Shown piece after piece: positions 39,587 to 52,900 of a stretch of 64,000 nt of DNA. Under the pieces are notes generated by a model that saw only the letters and a program-made list of their open reading frames with translations, was not told the origin of the DNA and did no database searches. The stretch's first letter is position 1, and each line of letters starts with the position of its first letter. The position numbers and the translations under genes were made by a program. The DNA comes from Callorhinchus milii (Eukaryota): NCBI RefSeq assembly GCF_018977255.1, contig NW_024704743.1, forward strand, positions 45,696,001 through 45,760,000, in the 5' to 3' direction.

Positions 39587-39890
39587 AATAATAATCCTTG
39601 CATTTGATATAGTGCTTTTCACGTCTTCTAGATGTCTCAAAGTGCTTCACAGAATATACTGTAAGGTGAAATGACTATATTTGTGGGTGAAACGCGGCAG
39701 CCAATTGCACACAGCAGTGGTCCCACAAACAATCGCGGATTGAAGTGACCAATTATTGTTTTTTTCTTGAGAGATTATTATCAGGTGTGTGGAGTAAGGA
39801 AACTTGCCCAAGATCTCACTCTGCCGGGAATCAAACCCAGGTCTCTCGCTTGCGAGGTGACTGTTCTAATCACTGAGCTACAGGACTCCA
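39587..39890 (-). mobile_element. tRNA-derived SINE, short form
   Basis: Full reverse-complement copy. Confidence 0.9.
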
Positions 39891-40671
39891 ATCAGAAATG
39901 TCTGAAATCTGATGTGGAAAATCTCATCTGAATTGACGTGTTGCATTTTGAGATGCTACCCCACATGAAGGGTGCTATATAAATGCAAGTTATTACTATT
40001 GATGCATGTAAAATAAGCCATTATAACAATTTTTGTGTTGGGACTTTGAACTCCTATAGTGTAGGGTGACACTCCAAGTCAGTGCTGGGGTATGCTGCAT
40101 TGTAGGATGTGCCATCCTTCCTGTCTAAGCGAATGGTAAAGATCCCATGGCACTATTTGAAAAGAGAAGTGTGTTTATTGTGGCCAAAAATCCCCCCTCC
40201 CCCACAGCCAAATAAAAGTGATCATTCACACCTGGCTGTTTGTGGGACCTTGGTGTATGCAAACTGGCTGCTGTGTTCGCCCACAAAAGATATAATCACT
40301 CCACTTTACAGTATATCCAGTGTTAAGATGTCTTGATGATATAAGGTGCTATATAATGCAAGGATTATTATTATTATTACTAGATTCCTTTTGCTATGAT
40401 CAAAGAATATGCCATTTCAGCAAAATTATAAAAGCAAAAATAATGTCTAAAATTGTGTTTTTATCTCAGGTGTAAATCTAAAGTTGTGATTATTTTGTTA
40501 TTAATAATAATCCTTATATTTGATAACGCACATTATCGTGACTTTGAAAAGTCTGAAAGGATTCGTGAGAATGTGAAGTTACTGTGCATTTTGTGGACGA
40601 ACTCAGCAGCCAATTTCCACACAGCCATTCTCTGCTGTCAGCGTGTTAAACATCATTAACAAATAACAAAA

Positions 40672-40770
40672 GGCAAAAGTACTGCAGATGCTGGAAATCT
40701 GGTGTAAACTTCCTCTCTCCATGGATGCTGCCTGACCTGCTGCGTGTTCCCAGCGACTTCTGTGTTTATA
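40672..40770. mobile_element. fragment resembling the chondrichthyan Penelope-type terminal repeat
   Basis: actgcagatgctggaaatctg followed by ctctctccatggatgctgcctgacctgctg..ttcccagc; recognised from memory of shark repeats, not searched. Confidence 0.45.
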
Positions 40771-43700
40771 CCATTATTACCAAGTAAATTGTGCAACATT
40801 TTATACTCAGATGTGGATTCCTCGTGAAAAAAAAAGGTGCACTTGGATCAGGGATCCCACAAACTGCAGATTGTTTGAGAACAGGAACTCTCACTGGACA
40901 TGGGTGCACTGAATGCCATTTTACATAGCATCCTTCGCTTATTCATGGGAGCCTGTACCTATGTACACAGACCCGGGAAGAGCACATTAAGGCGCAAGTC
41001 ACTGTAACCTCGAAAAAAAAGAACAGAAAAGAAAAACCGTGAATCCCCATGTCCTGTATCTGTGCAAGTCTCTGGTTATTTGGTAGATTTTTCATCCACT
41101 TCCTCAGCCTGAACGGCAGCAGTAAGAGGTCAGACCCCCCCCCCCAGTGTTATTTGTGTCCAGAGTGGAAACAACTGAAGTGAGTTTGGAGCGACACCGC
41201 AGCAGTGCAGTGTCCGCAGTCACAGCTGCCAACCTGTGGAGCAGTTTACAGCACTCGTTCGTGTGTCGAGCCAGAGAGGGGTTAATCGCATTGCGTTTGG
41301 GTTTACCAGGACATCGACTCAATCCATGTCTCCTGAGCTAATCACCGGTGATGCGGTGATGCTCGGAACCATAGCGATATTTAACATTAGGTCCTGTAAA
41401 ATAGCACTGGATCAGAGGCTGCGACAATTTGCATTTCACACGTATTATTTATTGTGAGGGGTTTCAGGCGTTAGATGGACAATGCATCAGTTGGCCAGAA
41501 CACAGCGAAAACCTGCCCTGTTTTCTGCAGCAAGAAGCGTGCAAATCTGCACAGAGTCAACCTTAACATTAGTTACCTTCCTGGTAATGATTGTTAATTA
41601 TTATTATTATTATTTATTATTATAAGACAGTCGAGTCCGGGAAGGTCGTGACGAGAGAGCACATTTCCCGCAGTGTGTTTTGCGAGGCGTCTGGGACACG
41701 AAGTGTGTGTGTGTGTGTAATCCACATCTCCTGCTCCTGTGTGCACAGAGCCCGGAGCTGTGAGACTGGGTTCATCGCCAGTTCCGATCGGGTGATCCTT
41801 CGTGGGCGAAGCAGATGTTTAAAATATTCTGCATCGTTTATTGGATTCCTCCTTTGAGGCTCAATTAGACGCACCCACTTACAACCCGGGAGTCTGACGC
41901 CTGGAGTTCAGAGAAGAGGTTTTTGATAATTCTCAGGTGTTAATTGAAAATGATCAGAAAGCAATTTAGCGTTAAAACGCAGCGACTTCACACGGCGGCG
42001 AATCGCCAGTCAGGCAGGAGGTGAAACGGATGCTTTTATCGGGGGATTTTTTTTTTAAAAAAAAAAGCAGTCAGCCCATCGCTTTTAGAACAAGTTGTTT
42101 TTAGGTTCATGTGTATAAGCGACTTCGTCTGGGAAGTTCACAGGAGGAGAGATGCGCCCCATCGATTCCACTGTAGCTGTACCCTGAACTGGCATTAAAC
42201 TAATCTTGTGCACAATCTGTGGTGTCACATCCCCAGGGCTCACACCGAAGAGACGAAGCAAAGGTATAAAATCATTGCACAGCCTGTGAGGGAATGGTGT
42301 GTATATGGAAACCAAATGAAAAGATCTCTGCTGTCAAATCGTTAAATGCAACGCGTCGGGTTTCGCCTCTTATAAATCAAATGTATCTGTTTCGTTTTCT
42401 TTCTCTTCAAAGCGTCGTCTGATTTCTCATAACTGGGTGATTCATAAATGATTCCAGCAGTACCTTGGCGTTTGACAACCAACCTTGGGCTTTTGATATT
42501 TTTTTCGGAATTACTGATCTCCCACTGACTTAAAACCACTCTCCTTTCTCTACAACTTGAAAATGCATCTATTTTCTGGCGAGGTGAACGCCAGAGCAAT
42601 ATACCAATGCGACCACACGGGCACAGGGTCTGTTAATCACAGGGGTTTTTTTTTGGGCTTAACATCTGATGTGTAGGATCCGAAAATCTGCAGATAAACA
42701 ACAGCTCCTGAAAGATTAAGGTTACAGCTGCCATCTCAGGTGCTCTGAACCAAGTCCACATCCTCCAGGTTAATGCATCTTTTCTCTTTCGGATGTTGGA
42801 TGTGCAATTGATGTCTCTTTTAACCTTAAAAACAAACCCACCAGTAAAAGGCATCGCTCTGAGATTTTCAGTGAAGGTGAATTCAGGTCAGTTTGGGACA
42901 GTGAGTGGGGCCATAACTGACTTGATTCATAAATTATTATAAATGCCTATTTTATGAAGCAGCGTTCACCATTGAATGGGTTTCTTTTTTTTTGAAAAAA
43001 AGACGGAAAAAGAAACACATTTTGAAAGAACAGACATCAGTCAGTAGGAGCCATCACAGCTCAGGGATTCAAAGATACTTTTGCAGCAGAGATCACGGTC
43101 ACAACCAGACCTGACCCCCGACCCACCCACCCCCCCCAGACCACCCAGACTAATTCCAGTCCTCCTGCTGTGACCCACACAGAGTTTACCATATTTCAGC
43201 ATAAATGTATTGAGGTGTCTCCTCCCCAAAAAAAATAAAATCCCTCATTGTAGGTAGAGTGACCTTATTATTTGCAGACTCTTGACCGTCCAAAATCCCG
43301 CATAAACGCACGACTCCAAACGCGTTAAGAAGGCAAATATCACAGCCCAGGCTGCTGTATTTGTATGGAATTGGGATAGGGATTTTACGAGGACTGCAGA
43401 CAGCTTGGATTTAATCCGAGAAAGACGTTCAAAGGCGCAGGTTCGATAAAGAAAAATATACTATTCATTGCAAAAAATACAGAAATCCTCTATTTAAATA
43501 ATAATCCATTTGGGGGAAACAAAAACACAAAATACGAACTTTCTAGCAATGCTCAAATGTGAGGATTATTAGATGTATCATTTTGAAACGTCGGTTCACG
43601 ATATTTGCTTTAGATCAAGAAGCTCTGGGTTAATCTTTCACCCAAAAGATCCGAATTTAAGAAACAAATTAAATGGTGGACACGGATTCGTAGAATAGGA

Positions 43701-44929
43701 ATCTTTATTCTGGGCAAAAGGCATCCCAATATCTGATCAGGTTTCGATTTAATTATTTCTTTCTTTCACTTTACTGCAGCATGTCACTGATTCACAGCTG
43801 TTTAGGTCACTAAAACCCTGAATGAATCGCAATGATCCACTGCCCCGAATAAAGATTCCTATTTTATGAATCCGTGTTCACCATTTGATGTGTTTCCGGA
43901 AAGAAAACGAAAAAAGAAACGAATCAAGATTGTAAGAATTGAATCGTTTGCATCTGAAATACGATGGGGCTCAGATCCTGGAGATGACACTGATGAGTTT
44001 CGCCCACAACATATACAGTCAATTCACCTTCCAGTATAACCTGTGAAGCGCTGTGAGACGCTGCATCACATGGAAGGATTATTATTGTAAGGATTATTAT
44101 TGTAGTTACTTTCTGCCATTGAGATATCTTTGAGAGTTATTAGCAGGTGAGATCTCTGGACCTGAACCCAACTCAGGATCGGTGTGAGTGGCATTCTCTG
44201 ATGGGAGGTTCAGGGATGGACGTCAGGTATTATCATCCAAGACCGACTGACAGCGTTTGGGAGAGTTTGGAAAAGATTGTCAACACTTCCCTGGGGTTTT
44301 TTTTTAACTCTCTTGCGGGTCAAATTTCAGCCCCGGATCTCAGCCTTCTCCATCCACCAGAAGACGGGGCTTTTCACACGAGGAGGTCAGTTTCAATTCA
44401 GAAAGGCACTTGACAAGGCAATAGATATCAAGATGGTGCAAAAAAAAACCACCAGCGTTGGTTNAAAAAAAAGACGCATAAAGGATTGAAGCCAATCCGG
44501 TCCTATCGTCCGGATTAACATATGATGGGTTTCCCGACAACAGTGCAGTTGTGTTCCAGTGTTATTGGTGGGACTTAGAAAGAGTTCATCAAACTGCTAA
44601 GGACGGGACAAACTTCACAGCCGAGAATCAAAGCACCAGAAATTTATCGCAACTTTGCAATTACAAAGATTGATGGGTAGAAAAGGTTGTTATAATGGAA
44701 ACAAAAAAAAACAGACAAGATTCAGCGGCGCGTGGAAGATTTGAGTGGCTTTAACATGTCGTCAACTCTTTCCAAATAAATCGTTTGCTGAACAGAACCT
44801 TGTTTTGCACTCAAGAAGCTCAATGGTTTGACAGATGAAAAATCAGAAGGATGCAGGAAAGAGTCCTTCCATTTTAGTTTAACAATTGTCACACAACGAA
44901 GTGCTTCCTCTGCTCCTAAACCCAGTCTC

Positions 44930-46192
44930 ACTATTTAATTGTTATCATCATTAGTTGTTGAAACTGTGGAGCTATAAACTGAACACAAAAGTTCAGAATT
45001 GCCATCTGACCCGGTAGGGAGATATTAAACTTAAGAAACACTATTTTTTTAAAAAAATGTTCAAGTTGTTAATACAGTATAGAGAATGGTATCATTCCCA
45101 AGGTCAGGAAAGCTAATCACTTCTCAAAACTGTGGTATCTCATCACATTTCCATCTGAATTCTTCAGGATCTGGTATTTTAATTCTTTTCAAAAGACCGT
45201 ATATAATGCAATTTTAAAAAAATGAAACCGTAAATCTTTTTAAACACAAAGAAGCATATTTAAATATCTTTCACCATCTCGCAACATTCCTGGGAATGAG
45301 GTTATGTATACAAGGGAGGAACCTCCAGAACTCTTTTAATGTGTCACTAATACAGAGAATGACTGCACACATTGAAACTGGTTAACTGGTGGTAGCAATA
45401 AAGTGTGATTTTGTAAAAAAAACTTCATATGCTGACACTTCAAAAACAAGCCATTCTGTGCTTTAAGAACCAATTTGCACATCATTTCCAACATTACAAT
45501 CAAATGGCCACCGGAAGCCTGATAAACGCATAACTAATTTGCCAGCAAATGTTACATTTAAATCAGATATTCTATACATTGGACATATTGGAAATACATG
45601 TATAGATTAGAATACTAGGCGTCCCAGTTATGCATCGATACAGACTCCAGTACATAGTTATTTATTAGCATTGATTGAAAAGTTGAAGTTTGCAGTCTGA
45701 TCCGGTGCGAATTTATTGCTTTTGAAATCTTTAATGCTTGATAAAGCTGTTTAAATCTGTACAAGTGGGTGGAACTGGAAAGGACGGGAGGAAAGGAAGG
45801 GGACATGGAACTAACACTGTTATTTTCTTTTACACGATACTGCACCTATTCTACAGTACACTATACAGAACAGGAACTGTACATCATAGTATCGTCAAAT
45901 AAATAAAACCACAAATGGTAAAATTCTTAAGCTTCCCCCCTCCCCCTTGCAAGAAATTCCTTCTAAAATTAATACTATCATTGTCACACTTAAGGTCAAA
46001 CTTGGCTAAAAATCTGTTCGTTTTGTTGCTTACAGCATCAGAAAGCTTTGGCACCTTCTTAAAATTTGATTGCACAAGTAGACTGTACAAGACCAGTTCT
46101 TTAGGTGAAAGGTCTTTTTGGCACTGGTAAGACCACCTCGACATTTGGTGAATGGGTTGGCTATCTATACACACATTCTCCATACAAACACG
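44930..46192 (-). other. probable eomes 3' UTR (end uncertain)
   Basis: AU-rich, repeat-free stretch after the stop codon. Minus-strand AATAAA at 45661-45666 and 45712-45717, ATTAAA at 44934-44939; the site actually used cannot be determined from sequence. Confidence 0.5.
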
Positions 46193-46922
46193 TTAAGGGC
46201 TAGTGTAGAAAGTATAATAGCCCATGGCTTTTGCACCGTCCTTACAATACTCTTTGGAGCTTATAGTTTCACATTTAATGGTGGGGGAGCCTTCAGTGCT
46301 GGAGTTGCCTGGTGAGACCCTTCTTCTCTTGCATGAGTTTTCATAAAGTCCAGAATCAGAGTCCATTGATTTGATGGATGGAGGGGTCTCGATCCAGAGC
46401 GAGTTGACTTCTTCCCTCGACTTTTCCTCAGTGACCAACAATTGGTCTTCAGGGAAAGTTGGCGGGCTTGGTCTGGAGGACCATGCCAGCCCTGAGCTCA
46501 TTTTCCTCTGGTATTGGGAACTCCTAGAGCCCCAGCCAAATGTAGGGTCGGGGTAATAGCTCAGAGAATGAGGTGACTGGATGGGTATAGGCTTGAGACT
46601 GTAGGGCAGCAAGGCGTTGGTGGGATAATCTGCATCATAAGAGGTAAAGTCCAACCTGTTAGTCCCAGACTGTTGGACAGAGGTGACAAACCACCTCTGT
46701 GGAGGGTTACCAGATTCATCGGTCTGCTGAGGGGACAGGATACCACTGGTTTGGGGCACTGCTCTCTCGCCATTGTAGAACCGGGTAGATGGTAAATTGT
46801 TGATGAACTGATCCTGGAAGAAAGGTTGGACAGCATAACGGGCTCCAGGCACTATCTGGTGCGATCGGGGCGAGTCTGTGGGTGAAGGGGTCAGTCGGTC
46901 GTTTTCTGGAGCAGTGAACATA
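46193..46922 (-). CDS. eomes: eomes exon 6 coding part (730 bp, C-terminal T-box-associated/transactivation region)
   Basis: Acceptor cttctcag|T ATG; ORF 46193-46921 ends [12 protein letters not shown]. Confidence 0.96.
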
Positions 46923-49900
46923 CTGAGAAGTTTGAAAAGAAATACATATTAAAGTTGTCCAACTAAGAAACCACAGGGCAAGCTTTCAAATTAAACATGC
47001 AAAGATGGAAAAGTCGGAGCTTCCCAATTATACTTACGAATCATAGTTGTCCCTGAAACCCTTGGCAAATGGATTATGATCAATTTTAAGCTGTGTGATC
47101 TAAAAGTGTGTGGGGGGGAGATAATATAAATATTTTATTTGCCATCCACTGTTAACTCAAGTTATTGAATTCAAAAGGGCAATTGGTTACACTTACATCT
47201 GTGTTCTGGTAGGCTGTCACTGCAATGAACTGTGTCTCCACAAAGGTGAAGATCTGAGTTTTTGAAGAATCACTTGCATCTTCCACACCATCTTCACTCA
47301 CCTCCACTATATGCAGTCGTGGTTGATATTTATGCAAAGATTGCAACACCACCATCTGCGAGCATAAAAAAGCACAATTTTTCACAGGTCCACAGTCCAG
47401 TGTCGAATGGGTGTCACTGAGTGGGAGGCAATGGTGTTAAGTACAGCCTGAGAATGGCTCCTCACCTGAGTGCTGTTGTTGGTTGCGCCCTTGTTGTTAG
47501 TTAATTTCAATTTCCCAAAGGAGATCTCCTGCCTCATCCAGTGAGCTCCTGTGTTTGGGGACTCGGGGTGGACATAAGTTCTGTTACCTGGAGAAACGCA
47601 GAAAGTGAGGTTTAACCTGGTAAGAATTATTTTAATTACTTTCAGTGAGAATATCTACGTTGAATAAAATCTTCAACATGTTATGAGGCAGTCGAAAACG
47701 ATCTTGTGTGTATTACGGCCCGTTTTAATGATCCTATTGCTAAGACATTGGTATTGGTCAGAAAGGATTTAATTTTCTTTTAAAAAGTTGCTAATTTCCT
47801 ATCTTCAAAGTGGATGTTGATAATTCACATCAATGAAGTAATTAGCAAGACCAAAAACCAGGCTCGTGCTTCAGAATAAAAGCCAATCGGAAAATTGCTG
47901 GAAAGGGGAACAATTCTGTTCTTTTTTATAAAAATTGGCATTTAATCAACCGGCATCAGAAAAATGTAATTGAATGGCTCAGAATCTCTGTCCAACAACT
48001 TGAGATGGAAACAGGATCACCAGCTAAATAAATTAATCATTCAACTTCCTGGCTGTTTGTGGGGATTGCACTGCCCAACAAACAACCTAATGTAATTTGT
48101 TGTTGTTGCTATGCATAAAATGGCTGCTATCACTAGACTTGATACTTGTGAAGCCCCGGACAGTATATGTGCTTTATCAAGTATTATTATTATTAGGAAG
48201 ACATTTGTTTGAAGCATCCTTCTGAATGTATTGAGATTTTTTTCAAAATATTATTTAAAACAGAACAATTGTACTTTAAGATTGGAACCATGGAACCAGA
48301 GATCTGAACCTGCTCAGAGCTGAGCTTCATAACTGTTGCACCAGAATTTTTTTTCAAAAAGAAGTTATCGTCTTTATAACCAAGATAAATGTCACATCAG
48401 AAGGTTCATTGCAATTACCATAGTGCACTGCACTCACGTCCGTTTCAACTTTAAAGCTGGCAATTTATTAAGCCTTCTATTTGGGTAAAAAAAACACTAA
48501 TGGAAAGTTAGATGAAAAACTCATAATATATTGGGACTAGAATCATCGTTTAGGATTGTGGAAACACCCTGAGAAACAGCCTCCTATATGCAAAAAGCAA
48601 AGCAAGAATGGTATATATCATATTCACATTTTCAGTCACTTTGTCATTCCTGTTAAATCCAATCCGGGTGTCAAGAGGTTGGGCCTATATATAGTTTCCT
48701 CAACCTCAACTCATTACACCTTTAAATGTAATGGCATGAAGAGCGATTACCCGGCCTTATTTGAACCATAGGGGAGAAAGCATTCAAATATTAGAACCAA
48801 GTAAAAAGTAAAATGGTAAGGCAATAATTAACCCCGAATAGTATTAAATTGGTGCAGGCTATTCGGGGTTAGTTTCCCTCTGCTTAACTGTGGTACCAAG
48901 CAGTGGTGCAGAGGTGAGACATGTTCTAAGTTATGCAGTTTCATATTAAATATCGCAAGTTTTGCAGAACGAACTTTGCTTTATTTCAAGTTTCAAAAAT
49001 CCTAATTTTGTATCCGAATAATGCAATATATAAAACTAAAAGCCACGAACAGTTATTTTGATTTCAAGGTGCGATTCAATTGACTCACAAGTTGCACAAG
49101 GTCTAATGTGCTTTGGCTTGAAATACGTGAGAGGACATCCTGTGTAGGTTACTTTGCTGCAAGTCTCGAGTCCACAAAATTAGACCGAGAAGGAATGTGG
49201 TCACTCAATACTGACGTGTGGTGATACTTTTCCAGTTACCTACGTGTTCGTTTCAATGAGGTAAAAACAAATAAGACGCCCTCGTCTTTCCAGCGAATTT
49301 GTGCGTGTTTTTTCTTCTTCTTCTTAATAAAACAAATAGCCTTCCGTGCAGGAACGGCGGAAAAATACCAACAGTGCGTGTGATTTCTGGCCGGGATTTA
49401 TCTCTAACAAAGTTTCTGATACAGGCGCACTTTCAATCAGCCTCGCGTTTGCACAGCGCAACGGTGTGCAAACACTGTGTACACTGCAGTGGCAGCTCAT
49501 TGCGTGCAGCAGATTAGGGCAATTAATCACCAAGTCAAGTTCCATACAAGGGCATTGGGCAGAACAGTCCTGGCCACTGGGACTTAAGAAATAACCATTA
49601 CAGGATAATCTCTCCCCTCCCCCCCCCCTCCCCAAATTCCCAACAAGTGACAACTCTTCCCGCACAACATAACGGTGCTCACCTGACCCAGACTTTTTTT
49701 TGCTCTCTCCACGAGCCTGTGACTTCTTTCTAAAGTTGCCTCTAATTAAAATCTAATACAACAGCAGCTCCAGAGATGAAGTGGAAATTCAGAAACACCC
49801 ACTGGATGGGAGGGAGAGGGACATTGGCAAGTCGAGGTCTTACCTACCTTGTATGTTATTGTCAGCTTTCCCACACGTCACCCACTTTCCTCCCTGAAAT

Positions 49901-52900
49901 CGCCAGTGATTCGGATCAGACAACACGACCTCCACAAAAACATTGTAATGGGTGGTTGGATTCAAAGCCGAGATATTGAAACTCAGGAAGGGGAACATGC
50001 GTCTGCAACATAAACAAAAGCAGAGGCGTTGTGCCAGATTTCAGAAGCAAATAAACCATCACCACTCTTGAAACCTGAACTCTCTCAATTCGGCCGCAGG
50101 TACCGTTTATTGGGGGCGAAGTGAACTCTAAACTAATGAGGGTTTCGAGGAAGGAATCGACAAAACAACCCCCCCCCCAAAGACCTGCGATTTATTTTAC
50201 TTTCGAATCAGCCTGAAAACCGTTCCCTTTTATTTTTGGAAACGTGTAGAATCAAAGCCATCGGTCGTTCAGCTTTTTAGAGCTGATATTTTAGCCAGAG
50301 ATCCCCGGGTCGTTTTTGAGGCGCATAAACCTCGCTTGTGACTGAACCAATTGAATAAACAACATATCGAGCGCTAAATGGTTCCTCGACCTACTTTTTT
50401 GCTTAAAAAAAAACCCCCAAAACGAAGTGAAATGCTGCACGCCGGACACACCCAATCGAAATAGCGCGACTCCTAAAAAAGCAATGTTTTTTTTTTAAAA
50501 AAAAACGTGTAATTCTTTGCAGACTGGTAAAAAGGGAGAAGATTTCTGAATATTGCAAAAAAAAAATCAAGACGTGCGGAGGGGAGCAATTTAACTCTGT
50601 GCAAAGGAATCGGCCGACGTGACATTGGGACACCGACATCCCCAAACCTGACTCCCCAAACGCCGGGACGGTCAGTGGTGATCAGTGAATCGGGGCTGGA
50701 GCGTGGGATTCCCGACCTGTGAGTTGCTGGAGGTGTGTGAGAGTAGAAGTGTAAAAAAACACACACAAACACACACCATCCACACAGAGAAAAGCCTCGC
50801 CCCGACACACCCGCAGAGAATGATCAATAACACTGGATTTCAGGTAGAAATATTCCGATGTCAGTTCCACGAATAGCTTTGCAATCCCTCGCCTGGGCTA
50901 ACGAGCCTGGGGGTGAGGGGGGGTGGGTGGGGGGCACTGGCTCGCTTTCTGCACGGCTGCCGCCACGCTTGGCCCGGAATAAACTTAGCCCCGAAAAGTT
51001 GCGGGTGAGTTATGCTCTAAAAAGCGCTTAACCCGATCCCCGAAGGCATCCCGTCGTTCAGCAAACGGTTTGGGCGACCCCCCGTTAATAAACAGCGTTG
51101 AGGAAAAATGGGGGTGACACTGATCCTCGGCGGGTTCAATAACCAAAGCACAAATGCGTTTCAAATTTGGGCTGTCGGGGTTTTCCAGGTGCAAAGCCAT
51201 CTATATGGCAGGTGAAACTATGGGGCCGATTAATTCCTGTTATATCTACGCGCGATCGTGACCGACAGAGACACAGACAGACAGAGACACAGACGGCAGA
51301 GGTTTATTCCAATTCCAGGCAATTATAACGAAGAGGAGCCTCTCCGGGTTTATTTAGTTTACGGTGACTTCAGCCGCAGCGCTGACTTGGGAAAGTGATC
51401 TCAGAAAGTAACTGTGTTGGGACGAGAGAAAAGACGCAAAATCGACCCCGTCAAAACCGACACTGCGGCATATTAAAACAAAAGGGTTTTGCATTGAAAG
51501 CTCTTTAATTTGGTTAAAGAGAAATAGGATATAGCACTGAGGTCAGTTTCAAGTAAATTGAATATGAACAACATATGAATGATGAGAGAAAATTAAACCC
51601 ACTTTAGTGGGAGTCCTGTGTATGTATATATATATACATATATATATACACACACACACATATATATATATATATACACACACACATATATATATACACA
51701 CGCACACAATTGGGGAAAGTTTCTTAAAAGCACATATCGTCACCTGGTAGACAAATAATCAAAAAAAAATTAAAAAACGCTACGATTTTACTCCCAGTGC
51801 CTGAACTTAAACCCAAACTGGATCCAGATTTTCGAAGAGGCGACGTGTGTGTGCGTGTGTGTGTGTGTGTGTGTGTGCGTGTGTGTGTATAAAAAAAACA
51901 ACCACCACCACAACACCACACCACACGACACAACCCCTCGTCGTTTTCGTGAGAACCGTTCCGAGAGGTGCGATCGGCGTCGCAATTCCCTCGAACGAGG
52001 TTCGGGAATCGCAGCCGATGAGAGACATTTGCAAAGAGAGAGAGGAGAGAGAGAGAGGAGAGACCGGATACCTGTCACGATTTTCGACCGGTCTCTCATC
52101 ATTTAGCCGGGCCTCTGAGGGTAGTCCTGATGGTTGCAAGCTGTAAGGTGTCATTTATGGGTGCCTTTTAGCTTCGGGGGGGGGGGGGGGGGGTGTTGCC
52201 GATCCAGCAAAGAGAAAGAAAATAAACCTCTTTGACTGTGAATCCGATCGCAGTTTAATTCGCTTCAGGTGCGTTCGTTCTTTGGGAAAGTAATTCCCAG
52301 TCAGATCCCGCGGATAATTTTTTTTTTACGATCTCACTTGAATTCGTATAACACGGTCTGTGTGTGTGTTTTTTTTCCTCTCTCTCTCTCTCTCTCCTTC
52401 TCTCTCTCATGTGAAATACGAAGCCACACCGCGGCAATCGGTCTCCCAATTCAAACACACGAGTCCCGACGATCAAATCTCCTCCAATGGACTTCACGTC
52501 TGACTTCGATCCTAAATCTCTCTTTACCCGGAGATCTCAGAACTTTTTTTGTGTTTAGTTTTACAACCCGACGAATGCAGAAAAAAAAAACCCCCCCGAG
52601 CCAGTAATTGACAACAGATCGGGAAAACTCGTTGAGACTGAGAAATTGAGGAGGTTGTCGATGGGTTCAATAAGATCACTCTGTCACCTTTATACCTCGA
52701 AACAAGAACCGCTCACAAAGGGTCGCATCTCTATGTACATTCGTGTTAACGCAATCGCTTCTTATGCAGAATCTTAGTTGTGCAGATTATTAACAACTAA
52801 AACGGCTCGACCATATTTGACATCTGGACATTTGCAGCCATTCACCTTTTATTGCTCAATGCAAGTCTTCTGGCGCTCGCGTCTGAGCTTGAGCTTTTGC

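Noticed and set aside
1..41000. Exons of a neighbouring gene such as slc4a7, and the many 60-145 aa ORFs
   Set aside because: No recognisable host-protein sequence; the recurring peptides ([26 protein letters not shown]) are SINE translations. A small exon could have been missed.
43989..44005. CTGATGAG as a hammerhead ribozyme core (also CTGATGA at 19184)
   Set aside because: No stem II followed by GAAA; both lie at SINE junctions.
44464..44464. Single N bases (also 58892)
   Set aside because: Assembly ambiguity beside poly-A runs; relevant only as a sign of homopolymer uncertainty.
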